A stretch of DNA of 64,000 bases, taken from positions 140,654 through 204,653 of the forward strand of contig SVUK01000006.1 of NCBI GenBank assembly GCA_015063325.1. The letters are read 5' to 3'. This DNA is from Oscillospiraceae bacterium (GTDB lineage: Bacteria > Bacillota > Clostridia > Oscillospirales > CAG-272). Below the pieces are notes generated by a model. It was not told the DNA's origin. It searched no databases and was given only the letters and a program-made list of their open reading frames with translations. The position numbers were made by a program, and so were the translations under genes. Below are positions 62,531 to 64,000 of the stretch, piece by piece. How positions within the stretch are numbered: position 1 is the first letter of the stretch; each line of letters begins with the position of its first letter.

Positions 62531-63819
62531 AAAAATCAAAATTGTTTGATGCCATTGCGCAAATCGACGATCATTTCATTGACCGTTGCCTGCAAGATGA
62601 AAGAGCAGCGGCAGAAAAAAATGATGAAAAGACATTGCCGTCGCCCAAATCGGTCGCCTTAAAAAAGGCGGCGCTCATTGCAGTGTCGGTTGTTTTGATC
62701 CTTGCAATTTCGATATCGGTGACAATTTTTCTTTCCAATCGACCGCGCGATTCAATCGTATCCGATCATGGATTAAATATTGGCTTTGACGGTCTTCAAA
62801 TTGAAAATCGCGGTGCAAAGCTTGTTGTGCAAACAGAAAAATCAAAAATTCAGGTTGGAGAAGATCTGCCGGTCTCGTTCTATTGCATTTGCGGAGCCGA
62901 AGAGGAGTATGCCCAAAACACGCCGAAGACCGCGACTGCCGAAATTTTGATGTCTTACACCGGCGTAGCTCAGGATAAAATCGTTGAAACGGTTCAAAAA
63001 ATCAACGATGCAACGACACGTGATTATACTTGGAACGGTAGCTTTGAAAGTATCAAAAACGAGCAAATGGTTGTTTCCACCGAAATTTTCAGCAAAGGGT
63101 ATGATTCAGTCAACTCTTCCAATGGGGGAAGCGGCGTACTCGTCTGGGCGCTGGAAGTTGAAAAGAAATATGCCGATGGAAGCAAGAAAACCGATCAGGA
63201 CAGTGTTGCGCTTTATTATCAGATCGTCGGTGACGAGATTTATCTAACTCCCGGTGATGAGACTTTGATGCTTGCCCGATCGGCGGTTCAAAAAATGGGA
63301 GAGGGAGTTTGTTTTTTTGGTTCTTCAAGGGTAGATGAAACAACTCAATCTGTTTATGATCATGATAAATGGGTAGCACCCGAAACAATCACGCTGGAAA
63401 CGAGAAATGACGCCGCAATCGCGCTGATCAAAGTGTATGAAGAACTTTTAGCCGAGTACCGTTCGTTAGACCTTGAACGAGTTTATCGGGTGGCACATGA
63501 GGACTACGAACTGCTGAACAAATTGATCGCAGAGGGAAGAAGGGATGAATATCAAAAGCCGGTTTATGACGATGAATTTTTAAGAACGTTTTATTTGGGA
63601 AATGTTCGCCGCGTCATCGAGGCATTGCTTTCATTGGACTGCTATTATGATCAACTTGACGAGCCGATGATTGAGCGTATGCTTACCGACTTTGAAGAAT
63701 ACGCCGCAGTCGAATACGCCGCTCAATGCAAGATTTTCGATGATGCAACGCCAAGGGTACTGTTTTATATGTATCGCGAAACCAGAAACACGAATGAACA
63801 CTTCATCTCGTGGACATAA
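62527..63819 (+). CDS. Single-pass membrane protein with an anti-sigma-like N-terminus and a large extracellular region
   Basis: MKKSKLFDAIAQIDDHFID N-terminal helix, TM AALIAVSVVLILAISISVTIFL, ~360 aa external region; ATGA overlap with the upstream gene. Confidence 0.65.
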   Translation: MKKSKLFDAIAQIDDHFIDRCLQDERAAAEKNDEKTLPSPKSVALKKAALIAVSVVLILAISISVTIFLSNRPRDSIVSDHGLNIGFDGLQIENRGAKLVVQTEKSKIQVGEDLPVSFYCICGAEEEYAQNTPKTATAEILMSYTGVAQDKIVETVQKINDATTRDYTWNGSFESIKNEQMVVSTEIFSKGYDSVNSSNGGSGVLVWALEVEKKYADGSKKTDQDSVALYYQIVGDEIYLTPGDETLMLARSAVQKMGEGVCFFGSSRVDETTQSVYDHDKWVAPETITLETRNDAAIALIKVYEELLAEYRSLDLERVYRVAHEDYELLNKLIAEGRRDEYQKPVYDDEFLRTFYLGNVRRVIEALLSLDCYYDQLDEPMIERMLTDFEEYAAVEYAAQCKIFDDATPRVLFYMYRETRNTNEHFISWT

Positions 63820-63837
63820 AACCAAATAAAAAATCGA

Positions 63838-63876
63838 AAAAACCGCTGTGACGTTTTGTTACGGCGGTTTTTTACA
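63838..63876 (+). terminator. Terminator after the two-gene unit
   Basis: aaaaaccgctgtgac-gtttt-gttacggcggtttttt. Confidence 0.8.
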
Positions 63877-63906
63877 AAACAGAACCAAATTATTTGTGGC
63901 AAAGTC

Positions 63907-63935
63907 TTGCAACTCGTTATCTGATATGATATAAT
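63907..63935 (+). promoter_or_regulatory. SigA promoter for a gene beyond the window end
   Basis: TTGCAA-17 nt-TATAAT with extended -10 TG. Confidence 0.65.
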
Positions 63936-64000
63936 TACTATTATTTATATGTTCGCTGTATTTTTATTGCGGAGAAAAAGGCATTTCGGTCAGTTCCAAT

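Overview
A 64-kb stretch of core chromosome from a spore-forming Clostridia-class bacterium (Bacillota). The assignment rests on the spoIIAA-spoIIAB-sigF operon, the rplU-prp-rpmA cluster, a type A RNase P RNA and a T-box leader. Most of the window is housekeeping: rplU/rpmA/rplS with L21 and L19 leaders, rimM-trmD, ptsH, uvrC-rsmD-coaD, ychF, htpG, ispE, thrS (T-box), tRNA-Arg(ACG), hslO, rnpB, TPP riboswitch-thiT, pth-mfd and ppdK. It also has three ABC exporters, a serpin lipoprotein, an OmpR-type two-component system with D-lactate dehydrogenase, a five-gene biotin-dependent Na+-pumping decarboxylase operon, and envelope genes (O-antigen ligase-like, two DUF4330-like, GT4). No CRISPR array, transposase or integrase is evident. 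The most unusual items are: (1) an XRE-HTH/ECF-sigma-region-4 hybrid protein translationally coupled to an anti-sigma-like membrane protein (62078-63819); (2) a nested multi-hairpin element of about 230 nt directly 3' of tRNA-Arg, followed by a four-gene block; (3) a decarboxylase operon with two different carboxyltransferases, one with eroded motifs, behind a leader holding a 12-codon uORF and a 22-bp GATC-phased repeat array; (4) a +1 frameshift in the phospho-sugar mutase; and (5) short tandem repeats built from stop-codon or RBS contexts. All protein family calls come from motif recognition by eye; no database searches were run.
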